A stretch of DNA of 64,000 bases, taken from Promethearchaeota archaeon (GTDB lineage: Archaea; Asgardarchaeota; Lokiarchaeia; Sigyniarchaeales; SOKP01). A program made the translations under genes and the position numbers. Each line of letters opens with the position of its first letter. Position 1 is the first letter of the stretch. Of the stretch, positions 10,983-22,410 are shown one piece after another. The notes under the pieces were generated by a model, which was given only the letters and a program-made list of their open reading frames with translations, ran no database searches and was not told the DNA's origin. The stretch is taken from assembly GCA_048940925.1 (NCBI GenBank), contig JBHLOC010000003.1, forward strand, positions 96,001 through 160,000, given 5' to 3'.

Positions 10983-11990
10983 TTAGAGATTTTTCAGTTT
11001 AGGATCCATTGCATCTCTTAAGCCGTCACCTACTAACATAAAACCTAAAACTGTTAAAAAAATCATAAAGCCTGGCCATAGGCCTGCCCAAGGAGCATCA
11101 TATGGGTTCTCTCGTGCCACATTGATATCATTACCCCATTCAATCAGTACAGATTGATTCACGCCTAAAAATGCTAGTCCAGCTAACCCTAATATGACTG
11201 TACCGAGGTTGAAAGTGAATGAGATTATAACAGGTTGAATAGCATTTGGTAATATGTGTTTAAACATTATTCTCCAGTTGCCTGCACCAGATACTCTTGC
11301 AGCTTCGATATATGGAAGATCTCGAGCTAATAATACATTTCCCCTGATCAATCTGGCATAAAAGGGAATCCCTAAAAAACCATATACCATCAAAATTATC
11401 TCTATATAAGGTCCGAAAATCGCAATAAATACTAAACAAAGAATCAAACCTGGAAATGCGAGAAATATATCACAAATTCTCATTATTAGTGAATCTCTCC
11501 AACCTCCATAATAAGCAGAAGTTACACCAAAAACTACTCCACCAATGACACTAATAGAAATTGATGGTAATGCAATAGTTAAAGAAGTTCGCGCTCCCCA
11601 GATTATTCTTGATAATACATCACCTCCCATTGCTGTTTGTCCCAAAGGATGTACTGGAGAAGGAGGATCCCATGAACCAGAATGATGTGTCATAGCTTCA
11701 GCAAAAGATTGAGGAGAAATCCAAGGAGCAAAAATTGCTAAAGTACTAATGAAAAAAATTATGAAAAAACCTAAGATTGTTAGTGGATTTGTTAATCTCC
11801 TTAAAATATTTCTTTTACTGGCTGTTTTTTCAAATTCACTTTCACGATAATTTAATTCTTCTAATCTTGAACAAGGGAGCAAAATAAATTTAATATTTTT
11901 GAAAATCCAGGAAATTATTCTTCTTGGAGTACTTTTTTCTTCGAATTCCTCTTCTTTTTCTATTTCTAGTAGATATTGCTGTTTTTCCAT
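10983..11990 (-). CDS. Peptide/oligosaccharide/nickel ABC permease, DppC/OppC type (orphan)
   Basis: HPLGQTAMGGDVLSRIIWGARTSL, EAA loop YIEAARVSGA and GDGLRDAMDP motifs. Confidence 0.92.
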   Translation of the reverse strand: MEKQQYLLEIEKEEEFEEKSTPRRIISWIFKNIKFILLPCSRLEELNYRESEFEKTASKRNILRRLTNPLTILGFFIIFFISTLAIFAPWISPQSFAEAMTHHSGSWDPPSPVHPLGQTAMGGDVLSRIIWGARTSLTIALPSISISVIGGVVFGVTSAYYGGWRDSLIMRICDIFLAFPGLILCLVFIAIFGPYIEIILMVYGFLGIPFYARLIRGNVLLARDLPYIEAARVSGAGNWRIMFKHILPNAIQPVIISFTFNLGTVILGLAGLAFLGVNQSVLIEWGNDINVARENPYDAPWAGLWPGFMIFLTVLGFMLVGDGLRDAMDPKLKNL

Positions 11991-12091
11991 TTTATTCTTT
12001 CCCTCTTATAATTCTTTCAAATTCTAGAGATTATTCTTTATTAGGTAATGGCTTATTTAAAAATTATATTAAGATACTTCTGAATCTATAT

Positions 12092-12109
12092 TTTTCCCAC
12101 ATTTCAAAA
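12092..12109. promoter_or_regulatory. Putative operator TTTTCCCACATTTCAAAA between oppC and GH4
   Basis: 17/18 identical to TTTTCCCACACTTCAAAA at 58026-58043 upstream of the dppA-like gene. Confidence 0.45.
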
Positions 12110-12220
12110 TATTAGAACATTTAGCGTATTTTGTGAAATGTGATCTTAAAAACTCTTTAAATTAATCACTCTTTTAAATTCATAATAAATATTCAATCAA
12201 TGAGCTTTTAATTTGAAACC

Positions 12221-13543
12221 ATGGAAACTAAAATTGTGTTAGTAGGAGCAGGTTCTACTTCTTTTGGCCCCCCAATGTTTAATGATATTTTTTTAAGTGA
12301 TTTATTAGAAGGTTCTACTGTTGTACTCCATGATTTAAATAAGAATAAATTAGAGATGGTCTATGATCTTCTAGAAATTGAAAATCAAAGAAAAAATAAT
12401 AAGCTTAATCTTGAAAGAACAACAAATAGAGCTAAAGCTTTTAAAGATGCTGATTTTATCATTAACTCAATTGAGGTAGGAAATAGAATGGAATTATGGC
12501 ACCAAGATTATGAAATACCGAGAAAATACGGAGCAAAACAAATATTAGGTGAATGTGGTGGTCCAGGAGGGAGTTTTCATGCATGGAGAATAATCCCACC
12601 AATCGTCGAAATTGTTAAAGATGCTGAAAAAATTTGTCCAAATGCTCTTTTGATTAACTTCTCTAATCCATTATCTCGAGTATGTTTAGCGATCAAGAGA
12701 AGTGTGAAAAAGTTAAGATTTGTGGGCTTATGTCATCAAATTGCTTTTTTAGTGAGACATTTGCCTAATATTTTTGAAAAATCAATTAAAGAGTTAAAAA
12801 TGGAAGTAGGTGGCTTAAATCATTTTGCATTCTTATTAAAACTAGAAGATTTAGTAACTGGAATAGATTTAGTGCCAACTTTTAACAAACAAACTCTAGA
12901 TTATTTTAGAGGATATGAACATCGATTTGAATTTTCAACTCTTACATTTGAAGTATTCAAAAAATTTGGGTGGTTTTGTTATGCTGGTGATAACCACCTT
13001 GGAGAATACTTACAATTTGGTGAAGAATTCACGAAAACGCAGGATATGATAGATTGGATAAATTTTATAGACGTTGAAGGTCAATTAATCTATAACAAGT
13101 TTCTTAACTATCATAAAAGACTTAAGAGGGGAAGATATCCAAGGGGGGGTATATTATTTGGAAAAACTTCTGGAGAAAGGGCGATACCTATAATCGAGGC
13201 AATGATCAAAGATAAAAATTCCTATGAATTTGCTGTTAATATTCCTAATGATAATATAATAGCCAATTTACCACAGGATCTAATCTTAGAGTGTTCAGCA
13301 ACAGTAAATAAAAATGGTATTCATGGAATTAAATTAGGAAAAATTCCTAGAAATATTGCTGCTTTACTCCGCATTGAGGCTTCAATACAAGATTTGTGTG
13401 TGGATGCTGTATTGAATAAATCAAAAGATCTTGCCATCGCCTGTTTAGCCACTGATCCTAATGTGGGGAGTTTTGAAATTGCAGAAGATATTTTTGATGA
13501 AATGAGTCAATTACAAAGTAAATATCTTCCAAATTTTAAGTAA
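12221..13543 (+). CDS. Glycoside hydrolase family 4 (NAD+/Mn-dependent alpha-galactosidase/glucosidase)
   Basis: LVGAGS, GECGGPGG, NFSNP, GLCH and GLNH GH4 motifs. Confidence 0.92.
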   Translation: METKIVLVGAGSTSFGPPMFNDIFLSDLLEGSTVVLHDLNKNKLEMVYDLLEIENQRKNNKLNLERTTNRAKAFKDADFIINSIEVGNRMELWHQDYEIPRKYGAKQILGECGGPGGSFHAWRIIPPIVEIVKDAEKICPNALLINFSNPLSRVCLAIKRSVKKLRFVGLCHQIAFLVRHLPNIFEKSIKELKMEVGGLNHFAFLLKLEDLVTGIDLVPTFNKQTLDYFRGYEHRFEFSTLTFEVFKKFGWFCYAGDNHLGEYLQFGEEFTKTQDMIDWINFIDVEGQLIYNKFLNYHKRLKRGRYPRGGILFGKTSGERAIPIIEAMIKDKNSYEFAVNIPNDNIIANLPQDLILECSATVNKNGIHGIKLGKIPRNIAALLRIEASIQDLCVDAVLNKSKDLAIACLATDPNVGSFEIAEDIFDEMSQLQSKYLPNFK

Positions 13544-13658
13544 ATTAGTCCTTTTATAGTAATTAGTTCTAATTTAATTGGATAAATTTCTAAATCTGAT
13601 ATATTTATTAATTTTTGTTTCTATTCTTTTCAAAATACCCTTTAAACTATTTTAAAAA

Positions 13659-16600
13659 ATGAAATCTAACAATAGTAGGGTTTCTGAAGAAAAAATTAAA
13701 AAGGCTACAGAATTCCTCCAAAAATTGTGGTGGTTTTGTTTTTATTTGATTATTGCACCGCTAGCAACTGCATTTACAGGATTTTGGATTTTTAGTTTAT
13801 TTCCTGGAGGAATTTATCTAGCTTTACCTCTAGCAGTTTTAACTTTTATGTTTGCCCTACTATTTTTTTATAAAGCATTTGATAAATATAGAAACAGACC
13901 CTTCTTCTTGAATAAGGAAAACAATCTAGTTGCTAGAATTCATATTTTATATCTTATTTCTATTGTCTCATTTATAGTTACTCCTATATTTGTTATTATT
14001 TCTCCTGAAGATTATTCCTTTGCAATACTTCCTTTAATTAGCTTTATTGTCTTATATAACATAGTATATTTTTATTATTATTTCCAGCCAATTGGGTTCT
14101 ATGACATAAATCAGGAGAAATTCAGACATACAATCAATCTAAAATTGATGATTAAGCAACCGTACAATTTTATGATTGTAATTAATTATGTTGTTCATAT
14201 CGTATTTCTAGCAGTTACCTTTTCTACAGAGCTATCCTGGCTTTTTAGTCTTATAACAAATTTAATATTTTATTACATCACATATTTCAATACTAAAATC
14301 CAGCGTAGTAAAATAAAAGAGAAAATTAAAGAAAAGGAATCATTTTTACAAGATCTAACTATTTTCAAACAAAGATTTGCTGTCTCAGTACTTAATCTAA
14401 TTTTCGTTTTATTAATTCAAATGCCTTTTGTGGTTGTTTTTACTTCAGTTCTATCAGGCTCTCAGTATTCAGTATTAGAATTGATAAATAGTTCATTTTT
14501 AACATTAATTTTTATAATAGCGTATTTTAAATCCCGATTTTATCTCCTTTTTCATTATAGTAGGATATTAAGCATATATCATCATTCTGAAAGAAGTTAT
14601 AATATTAATAATGATGTAGAAAATAATAAATATCAAAAGTATAATGCTGCTTTATCTGTAGTATTAATATTGTTCATAATTCTATTTTGTTTTTTGATAA
14701 GTAATCCAATATTAATATTACTTATACTTCCATTCCTTTACATCCCATTTTATTATGAACAAAAGGCGAAATTTAGTCCAAAGAAATATAATAAATATGT
14801 TTTTTTACTAAACTCCATTGGGATTTTAATTTCTATTTCATTTGGAATTCTACCTCTAATCTCAACAGTTTTTTTTATAAATATTCAATTTATTGTCTTT
14901 TTAATATCTTTATATCTTATACTTCAAATTTTTGTAAAATATGATTACTTCCATAAAGAGGATATCATTATATTTCAAAATATAATTGCGGTTATCACTT
15001 TTTCGTTGATAACATACTCCTTCTTTCCTATTATAATTATTAACTATATTAGATTTACATCAGATCCAGTAATTATAATATTTTCAAATTTTTTACTTCA
15101 TTCAACTTTTATTTTAATAATTTTATTAGTTTCATTTTATATTTTATACTCCAGGATATTTTATGCTAAACGGACAAAACTCTTTAGAATATGTATTTTT
15201 ACTAACATTTTCTTAATAGAATTGCTCATTTTTATTTTAATAAATTTAAGAGCATATTTAATTCTTGAAATTTTTCCTTTTTTCCAGGTGGTAATGGTAT
15301 CGTCTATTCTATTTCCTATAATTTTCATTCTCTTTATTTTTATGAATTTTCTAATAGGATTGTTTTCTTATAACGACTTTTTAAACTATAGCTATTACTC
15401 ATTATGGATACTAATTTTTGATATTTTTCTAGCGATACTTATAAATTCTTTAGATAGTTTTATAGTCTTGACATTAGATCTGCTCCTTTTATCAATTTTT
15501 AGCTACCTTAACTTAAAGTATGCATTCAAAATAGAAAAAATAAAGGAATCTACATTCAAAAAGTTTGTAGAATTTAATTCTTACTTAATGACGATAGAAC
15601 TTGCTACATTGATTTTCTTTTTCTTTTACTCTATTGTGTTAGTAAATTTAACTATATATCAAAATATAGTATTTTCCATTTATTTCTCGTTAATAATTAT
15701 GACTATATTCGTAAATTTATTCTCTAGAAATGAATTTTTCTTTTCAAAATCAGTGAGCATTAAGACTAATTTAATTACGCTAGGATTTAGCGCAGGATTA
15801 ACCTTTTATTATTCATATATTCTCACTCTAAACACATTTTATGTTCTATTAATTCCCTTTATGTGTTTTTTCTTTGTTTTATTTTTTCCAATATATTACC
15901 TATTAAAAATGAAAATTTACGAGAATCTCTCACGCAAATTCTTATTGATGGATTGTATCCTAATAGCTGGGAGCATCACACTAATCCCACCTATTATCAG
16001 TTTAGACCACTATTTTAGATTAGGATTACCTAGTAATCCCATATCCGTAGTGAATTATTCACTATACATCGTGTTTGGAATTCTAATTTTTACATATTAT
16101 CTAATAAGACACTATCATATGAAAGATATATACACTTCAAGGATTCTAAAAACTCAAGCTATAATAGAAGTGATCTTAGCTGGAACGACAGTTTTCTATT
16201 ATATATTCCTTCTGCTCTATGGGACTCTCTATGGATTATTTTTATCTTTAATTGCTGCGTCAATTTTCTTTTATTTACCAAGCGTATATTCTTATAAAAA
16301 AAGATTGTTTAATGAGAATGTCCTTAAGAAAATCATAGTAGGTAATAGTTTAATACTATCAGGATTAATCACTTCAATTCCTACTTTTGTTGGATTAGAA
16401 ATGGAAAGATTAGGCTTAAGCATCCATATTATCCATATTACTACTATTACTCTTTTTCTTTTTTTTGGAACTCTAAAATTCTTAAGCTTTTTATCTCATA
16501 AGTTTTCATTAAAAGAAAAAAGTATTAGTTTTCTAAAATTAGTTCAAATTTTTACTTGGTTAACAATTTCAATCTTTTTAGCAATAGAGTTACCTATAAT

Positions 16601-19600
16601 TTTTTCTTTTCAATATTTTAGCCTCTTTATTATTAGCAATTCATGCCTGATATTTTTTATTGTGAATATTTATACAGTGATCCTGCTATTTAATTATTCC
16701 AAAGAATTAAAGATTCATAGATATTTACGTGACATTCTTTTGTATGGCATAACTTTCTCTTTATCATTTGTATTTGTATTTTTAATTCATGATAGCACTA
16801 TTTTAAATTTATTTCCTTCTATATTAAGACAATATAATTTGGTCTGGTATCTTGGTCTCTTTTTTCTACTTGTTTTAATTTTGCTTAAGATATTTACAAA
16901 TTTCATAGAAGTAGGATTTAAAAAACTTAAAGATGGATTAGAATTCATCTCATGGCTTTTTACTAAAGTTATTGTATGTCTTTTTCTTATATTTATATTT
17001 TCCTATACAATTTTTACACAAATTATGTTGTATATACTGACTTTTACATTTTTAACCCCTATTACTCTCGCTTATCTTAAAAAACTGGATCTTTTTTCCG
17101 AAGGAAATCAATTAATAATAAAAAAATTGACTGTTATTTTATTTTCTATTTCATTATTGAGTTTTTATATTGAAATATTCTACATTTCATCAAATAGTAT
17201 CTTATTCTTTAATCAAAATCCAGGATTTCAAATTTCAATTATAGTTGCTAATGTAATTTTGTTTTTGAGTTATCTTTGGATAGAAGTTAATGAGATTATA
17301 GAAAATATATCAGATTATAAAATATTCGGCTTTTATCTACTGTCTATCCTATTATTTATAAGTTTACTTTACTTCAATTCTATGCTTTCTATTTTTCTTT
17401 TTATTCTATCCTACACCCTTATTCTATCAAAAAGAAGTTTATTCCCATTATTTAGATTTCTATCATATCTTATACTAAGTTTCATCACATTAATAAAAAT
17501 TATAGCTCTACTTGATTATTATGAAATCAAATTTGAGTTTAACCTTATCTTTATCGGACTTTCTTTTAATATATATTTACTAACTTTTATCTCTGTCCTA
17601 TTGACTTCAGTTTTGTTAAATTATAAGAAAAATAATCTTCTCGAAAAATTCTCATTATATACATCTTTTTCAATATTAGCATTTGTATATCTTATTACAT
17701 ATACACATATTTTGATTCTTTATGATTTAACCATTTCAGCTTTTATCTTCTTACTTGTAGTTGGCATTCATTATTATCGTGAAAAGGATGAAATCTATAA
17801 ATGGTTTATAAAACCATGCATCTTGTTGTTTTTATTCGATTTTATCAGTTTTATATCATATTCATTACTTTTTAATCATCCACCTTATTTAGATTTCTAT
17901 CCTATACTTACTTTTACTTTAACTATGAGTGTGACTGGATTTGGATTTGTACTTCTGTACAATAAATCATCTGAAAGATTTAGAAAGATTTCATTTATTA
18001 TTAATTTATTATCAGTTATACTATCGTTTCCAATCTTTATTTATTTCTTAATTAGTTCTTCTTTATCAATTCCGTTTGGAGACCCTATTCCAATAATAAT
18101 TGCAATTAACCTGAGTGTTCTTCTTTTTTATATTTCCATAGGAATCTATCAATGGAAGATATCTTGGATGATTTGGAAATCAGGTTGGTATGCTTGGATA
18201 ATTATACCGTTAGCAAATTTTTATATAATATATAGAGGGCTAACAGGTATAGATGTAGCTACAAATTCGTTAGAATTGTTCGGTATTTATGATTTTAGTG
18301 GTTCTTTAATTATCAGTATAATAATATGCTCTCTAATGTTCTTACCCGTATTATATACTAAAATAAAGAAATATTTTTTTCATATAATATTTATTATTTG
18401 GGCTGAAAGTTTATTTTTATTGTATTGGATTAGCCAAAATCTATTTGTTGCTGATATTTTATTGAGAAATATATTTTTCATTCTATTTTCTGTGGTTTTA
18501 TTATTCCCCGCATTCGCCATTTTTAAATATTGGAAAATTGCATCAATAATATGGTTATTATCATTATTAGTAAATGCCTTTTTTTGGCAGTTTTACTTAA
18601 TGTCTCTAAACATATCATTAGAAATTGCAAGTTCAATTAATATATTAATAATTGGATTATGTCTAATTGTTTATTCATTTTTTCCGAATATTAGGTCTAT
18701 AGGTTTAATATTAATTATATCATATTTTACAGTTTTAATAGGTATATTCTTAACAGTGTATTTTATATTATATTCTGTCATTTTAAATCCAATATTTTCA
18801 GTTAATATTAGCTTAATTGTGGTAGGTTTAAGTCTTTTTTCTAATAAATATCTAAAATTACGTAATAGACCAATAGATTTATTTCTTTCTTGGATATTAA
18901 TATTAAATTTTGCTTGGTTAACCTTCAATACATTCAGTTTACTGCCAATTCCTGGATTTTTATTATTTTCCTTTTTCATAGCATTAACAGTTTTTGGCAC
19001 TTCTTTTTTTGTTTTTAATCATTTCAAGATGAACATTCCAATTAATACAGTAATTCCTTATCTAGTGGTTACCATAGGTGCTTCATCTTCAATATCATTA
19101 CTCTTCTTAATCTTTTTCAATATTTCAATTGGAATTTTTATTACAATTTTTTCAATCATTTTTATTATCTTTATCTATTTCTTAATAACAGAATATCGAT
19201 ATATTCTCTGGTTTTTATTTCCAATTCCAATTACATTACCCATTTTAGAGATGATTTTAGTTTTTGAAGTAGTTAGACCTTTTTGGTATTTAACATGGGC
19301 TCTTTTGTATTTAGTAAGTTTTCAAATTTTAACTAATCTTTTTAAAAATTTAGTAAAAGAAGAGAAAGCTGAAATTAAAAATAGTATTTTGAAGTTATAT
19401 GAGGATAAGACTCAGGTTAAATGGCTTAATTTCACATGTTACATCCTTAATTCTTTACTCATCTCTTTATTAATTGGAATTATATTACCACTTACATTAA
19501 GACAACTTTTATTTACCCAGATATTAATTATTTATCAAATTTTGGATTTTCTTATAATTTGGTCAATTCTCTTCTTATTATGTTTAAGATATGTTATCAA

Positions 19601-22178
19601 ATCTGAAATTGAATTTAAGGTACAAGACACACTTCTCTATATTAATCATATTTCCTTAATACTATATCTAATTATACCTGCCGGTTTAAGTCTTAATTTC
19701 TTTATTTATTCAATATTTATAAGTTTAAATCCTATCGTATCAATTTATCTTTGTATTTTAATTTTAAGTGGGGGTGTACTTTTCGAAACTTTCATCATCG
19801 ATAGACATAGTTTCTATTATCTATTCAATTCAACCCGAAACAAATTCATACTTTTATCATGGTTCATATTTTGTAATACTTTATCTATTTTCTTGTTCCA
19901 TTTTCATTTAAATTTACTCTTATTAATGTTAACAATATCAGTGTTGAACCTAATTTCTATTTACTTCTTATCTTATTTAGATATCTCACGTCATAAAATT
20001 TCTATATATCGGGTAATCCTCTATTATAATACATTTATCTGGGGATCTTTTTACTTAGCATCCTTACTATCTGATGGTTTATTATTAATATTTCACGAAT
20101 TAGAAGAATTAGTATACTACTCCTTATTTGTTCAAAATGCTTCTTTTTTATTATTTCTTTTAAGCAACATTTTCATTAAAGTGGAGGAAAGAGTTAAAAA
20201 AAGAGTTGAATTGAGCCTAATTCTTTCTTTTCAGATATTTCTTGCCATTAACTGGATAATACTATTGATTACATATAATATTTTAACTTTTTTCCTCATC
20301 TTTTTGTTAGTATTAATCGAAACATGTATATCGTTTGTATCAGTTTATTACTTTGATTTTATTTTCACTAAAGAAAAGTTTCCTGAATTCAAAACGAAAT
20401 TTTATTCTTTCTTAGTTTTGATATTGTATATTGAAATCAGTTTAATGACTTTTGGGTTGCTGTTTGAAAGGTTAGGTATTTTTGAAAGTATAATCATTTC
20501 ACAATTAATACTTTTCATCTTAACATTATTAGATATATATTTTCTAAAGAAGATTAACAAAAGTTATGGGAATTTCATTCATACTATATGTTATTTTATA
20601 ATATCATTATTTACATTGTTAAGTATAAATCAGTTTATTCGGCAATATCCAATTTTGCTAAGTTTAGAATTTATGATTTTTATAATAATGCAAGTTTATA
20701 CGAATTATTCCTTATTTACTGCGTTGAATCATCTTTATCCTGATAAAAAGGAATCTCTCATTAAACATAGAGCCTATATAACCCATGTATTAGGAGTATG
20801 TTTTTATTTTATTCTATTTTTTCTTTTGCTCCAAGGTTTATTATTATTAGAAGTTAATCCCCAATTAGTATTTTTAAGTTTAAGCTTGATGGTTCATATT
20901 CTAATGATACTTGATCTTTACATAATTAGACTTTTAGGAAAAATAGCAAATTATTTTCGATTAATTTCTTGGATTTTCATAATGATCTTTACCACATCTT
21001 ATTTAATATGGCTTTATGTTGATTATTTTATCCAATTGCTAGCTACCTCTATACCACTCATAATTCTAATCTTAATAATAGAGACTGCCTATCTATTCTA
21101 TCTATTAAGTTTTTCGAAATATATCGTCTCAAACAAAAAGAAAATTAGGTTTCTTTTAATATTAGTTTTATACTTGGACGTTGTAATTTGGCCATTATTT
21201 TATCTTACTTTTAATCTATTGCATGTGCTTAATTTGATAGTTATTTCGAGTATAATTTTGTTTGTTTTAACTTATATTGATAAATATGTGGGTGTATTTG
21301 AAGACAAATCATTATCAAATCTTAGAAAGAGCGTTTTTTTAATAATTAGAGTTTTATTTTCGGTTGATGTCTACATACTCTTAGGATTTGTCCCAAACAC
21401 CAATTTTTTCTTAAATATAAGTGTAGCTCTTTTAATTCTTGTGTTTTTCTTAGGTATTGTGGTTAAACCGTTTAAAGAACATTCTTTTAAGGCTTTTGCT
21501 TTTTGGTTTGTGTTTTCTTTATTATTAAGTTCAATATTATTGCAAGTATCATTAAATTATGCACTTAGTGGAGCAATTCTTTTCATAACAATGCTTATTT
21601 ATCCTTTTGTATTTTTATTAGAAGAATTACGAGAACTTTTCAGTAAATTTTTAGATGCGCTTGTTATCTTCTTAAGAAAAATCAAGCAAGCAATAGTTAA
21701 TATCCTGAATAAAATTTCTAAGTTTTTAAAGACATATTATAAATTGATTTGGATTTTATTCAGTTTATTCATATCTCCCTATTGTGGTTTACTTTTATCT
21801 CCATTGTTTTTAAATTATTTAAGTTGGTATCATTCAATTTTAGTAACCATTGCTATGTTTGGTTTGTTATATTTAGTGATACCGTCTAAAAAGTCAAAAG
21901 ATCCCGATATCATTTTTAAGAGAAGAATGATACGTTTCACAGTTGGTTGGGGAAGTGCAATTACAGTTATTTTTATGTTTATAACTCCAATTTATTATAT
22001 CCTTACTGTTTTTATAGCAATCGCCGTAATTGGAACATTTGTTTTAGTGTATATGGGAAGAAAAGAAGAGAGAGAAAAATTATCTGTCAAATGGAGATTT
22101 TATACTCTTATCACACTTTTTATAGCATTTATTTTCTTTGGAATAATGCTTGTATTACAACTTATATTTGGGTTTTAA
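13659..22178 (+). CDS. Giant (2839 aa) polytopic membrane protein of unknown function
   Basis: 8.5-kb uninterrupted ORF of alternating ~20-aa hydrophobic segments and short basic loops; internal 130-aa repeat. Confidence 0.85.
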   Translation: MKSNNSRVSEEKIKKATEFLQKLWWFCFYLIIAPLATAFTGFWIFSLFPGGIYLALPLAVLTFMFALLFFYKAFDKYRNRPFFLNKENNLVARIHILYLISIVSFIVTPIFVIISPEDYSFAILPLISFIVLYNIVYFYYYFQPIGFYDINQEKFRHTINLKLMIKQPYNFMIVINYVVHIVFLAVTFSTELSWLFSLITNLIFYYITYFNTKIQRSKIKEKIKEKESFLQDLTIFKQRFAVSVLNLIFVLLIQMPFVVVFTSVLSGSQYSVLELINSSFLTLIFIIAYFKSRFYLLFHYSRILSIYHHSERSYNINNDVENNKYQKYNAALSVVLILFIILFCFLISNPILILLILPFLYIPFYYEQKAKFSPKKYNKYVFLLNSIGILISISFGILPLISTVFFINIQFIVFLISLYLILQIFVKYDYFHKEDIIIFQNIIAVITFSLITYSFFPIIIINYIRFTSDPVIIIFSNFLLHSTFILIILLVSFYILYSRIFYAKRTKLFRICIFTNIFLIELLIFILINLRAYLILEIFPFFQVVMVSSILFPIIFILFIFMNFLIGLFSYNDFLNYSYYSLWILIFDIFLAILINSLDSFIVLTLDLLLLSIFSYLNLKYAFKIEKIKESTFKKFVEFNSYLMTIELATLIFFFFYSIVLVNLTIYQNIVFSIYFSLIIMTIFVNLFSRNEFFFSKSVSIKTNLITLGFSAGLTFYYSYILTLNTFYVLLIPFMCFFFVLFFPIYYLLKMKIYENLSRKFLLMDCILIAGSITLIPPIISLDHYFRLGLPSNPISVVNYSLYIVFGILIFTYYLIRHYHMKDIYTSRILKTQAIIEVILAGTTVFYYIFLLLYGTLYGLFLSLIAASIFFYLPSVYSYKKRLFNENVLKKIIVGNSLILSGLITSIPTFVGLEMERLGLSIHIIHITTITLFLFFGTLKFLSFLSHKFSLKEKSISFLKLVQIFTWLTISIFLAIELPIIFSFQYFSLFIISNSCLIFFIVNIYTVILLFNYSKELKIHRYLRDILLYGITFSLSFVFVFLIHDSTILNLFPSILRQYNLVWYLGLFFLLVLILLKIFTNFIEVGFKKLKDGLEFISWLFTKVIVCLFLIFIFSYTIFTQIMLYILTFTFLTPITLAYLKKLDLFSEGNQLIIKKLTVILFSISLLSFYIEIFYISSNSILFFNQNPGFQISIIVANVILFLSYLWIEVNEIIENISDYKIFGFYLLSILLFISLLYFNSMLSIFLFILSYTLILSKRSLFPLFRFLSYLILSFITLIKIIALLDYYEIKFEFNLIFIGLSFNIYLLTFISVLLTSVLLNYKKNNLLEKFSLYTSFSILAFVYLITYTHILILYDLTISAFIFLLVVGIHYYREKDEIYKWFIKPCILLFLFDFISFISYSLLFNHPPYLDFYPILTFTLTMSVTGFGFVLLYNKSSERFRKISFIINLLSVILSFPIFIYFLISSSLSIPFGDPIPIIIAINLSVLLFYISIGIYQWKISWMIWKSGWYAWIIIPLANFYIIYRGLTGIDVATNSLELFGIYDFSGSLIISIIICSLMFLPVLYTKIKKYFFHIIFIIWAESLFLLYWISQNLFVADILLRNIFFILFSVVLLFPAFAIFKYWKIASIIWLLSLLVNAFFWQFYLMSLNISLEIASSINILIIGLCLIVYSFFPNIRSIGLILIISYFTVLIGIFLTVYFILYSVILNPIFSVNISLIVVGLSLFSNKYLKLRNRPIDLFLSWILILNFAWLTFNTFSLLPIPGFLLFSFFIALTVFGTSFFVFNHFKMNIPINTVIPYLVVTIGASSSISLLFLIFFNISIGIFITIFSIIFIIFIYFLITEYRYILWFLFPIPITLPILEMILVFEVVRPFWYLTWALLYLVSFQILTNLFKNLVKEEKAEIKNSILKLYEDKTQVKWLNFTCYILNSLLISLLIGIILPLTLRQLLFTQILIIYQILDFLIIWSILFLLCLRYVIKSEIEFKVQDTLLYINHISLILYLIIPAGLSLNFFIYSIFISLNPIVSIYLCILILSGGVLFETFIIDRHSFYYLFNSTRNKFILLSWFIFCNTLSIFLFHFHLNLLLLMLTISVLNLISIYFLSYLDISRHKISIYRVILYYNTFIWGSFYLASLLSDGLLLIFHELEELVYYSLFVQNASFLLFLLSNIFIKVEERVKKRVELSLILSFQIFLAINWIILLITYNILTFFLIFLLVLIETCISFVSVYYFDFIFTKEKFPEFKTKFYSFLVLILYIEISLMTFGLLFERLGIFESIIISQLILFILTLLDIYFLKKINKSYGNFIHTICYFIISLFTLLSINQFIRQYPILLSLEFMIFIIMQVYTNYSLFTALNHLYPDKKESLIKHRAYITHVLGVCFYFILFFLLLQGLLLLEVNPQLVFLSLSLMVHILMILDLYIIRLLGKIANYFRLISWIFIMIFTTSYLIWLYVDYFIQLLATSIPLIILILIIETAYLFYLLSFSKYIVSNKKKIRFLLILVLYLDVVIWPLFYLTFNLLHVLNLIVISSIILFVLTYIDKYVGVFEDKSLSNLRKSVFLIIRVLFSVDVYILLGFVPNTNFFLNISVALLILVFFLGIVVKPFKEHSFKAFAFWFVFSLLLSSILLQVSLNYALSGAILFITMLIYPFVFLLEELRELFSKFLDALVIFLRKIKQAIVNILNKISKFLKTYYKLIWILFSLFISPYCGLLLSPLFLNYLSWYHSILVTIAMFGLLYLVIPSKKSKDPDIIFKRRMIRFTVGWGSAITVIFMFITPIYYILTVFIAIAVIGTFVLVYMGRKEEREKLSVKWRFYTLITLFIAFIFFGIMLVLQLIFGF

Positions 22179-22410
22179 TCGAAAATAGTTCATATTTCTT
22201 ATTTGATTTTTAGAAAACAGTAACCTTTTGATTTTTCTGTCAATAGTTTTTATTATTTTCAAATATATATATTAAAATTTTATATAACAATATGTTGTTC
22301 ATGAATAAAGAAAGTTGAAAACTTTAAATACATGTTAAAATGAACTAGTATTTGATCAAAATAAATTTAATCCAAAAAACGAAAAAAAGAAGAGTAAAGT
22401 GATCTAAAAA

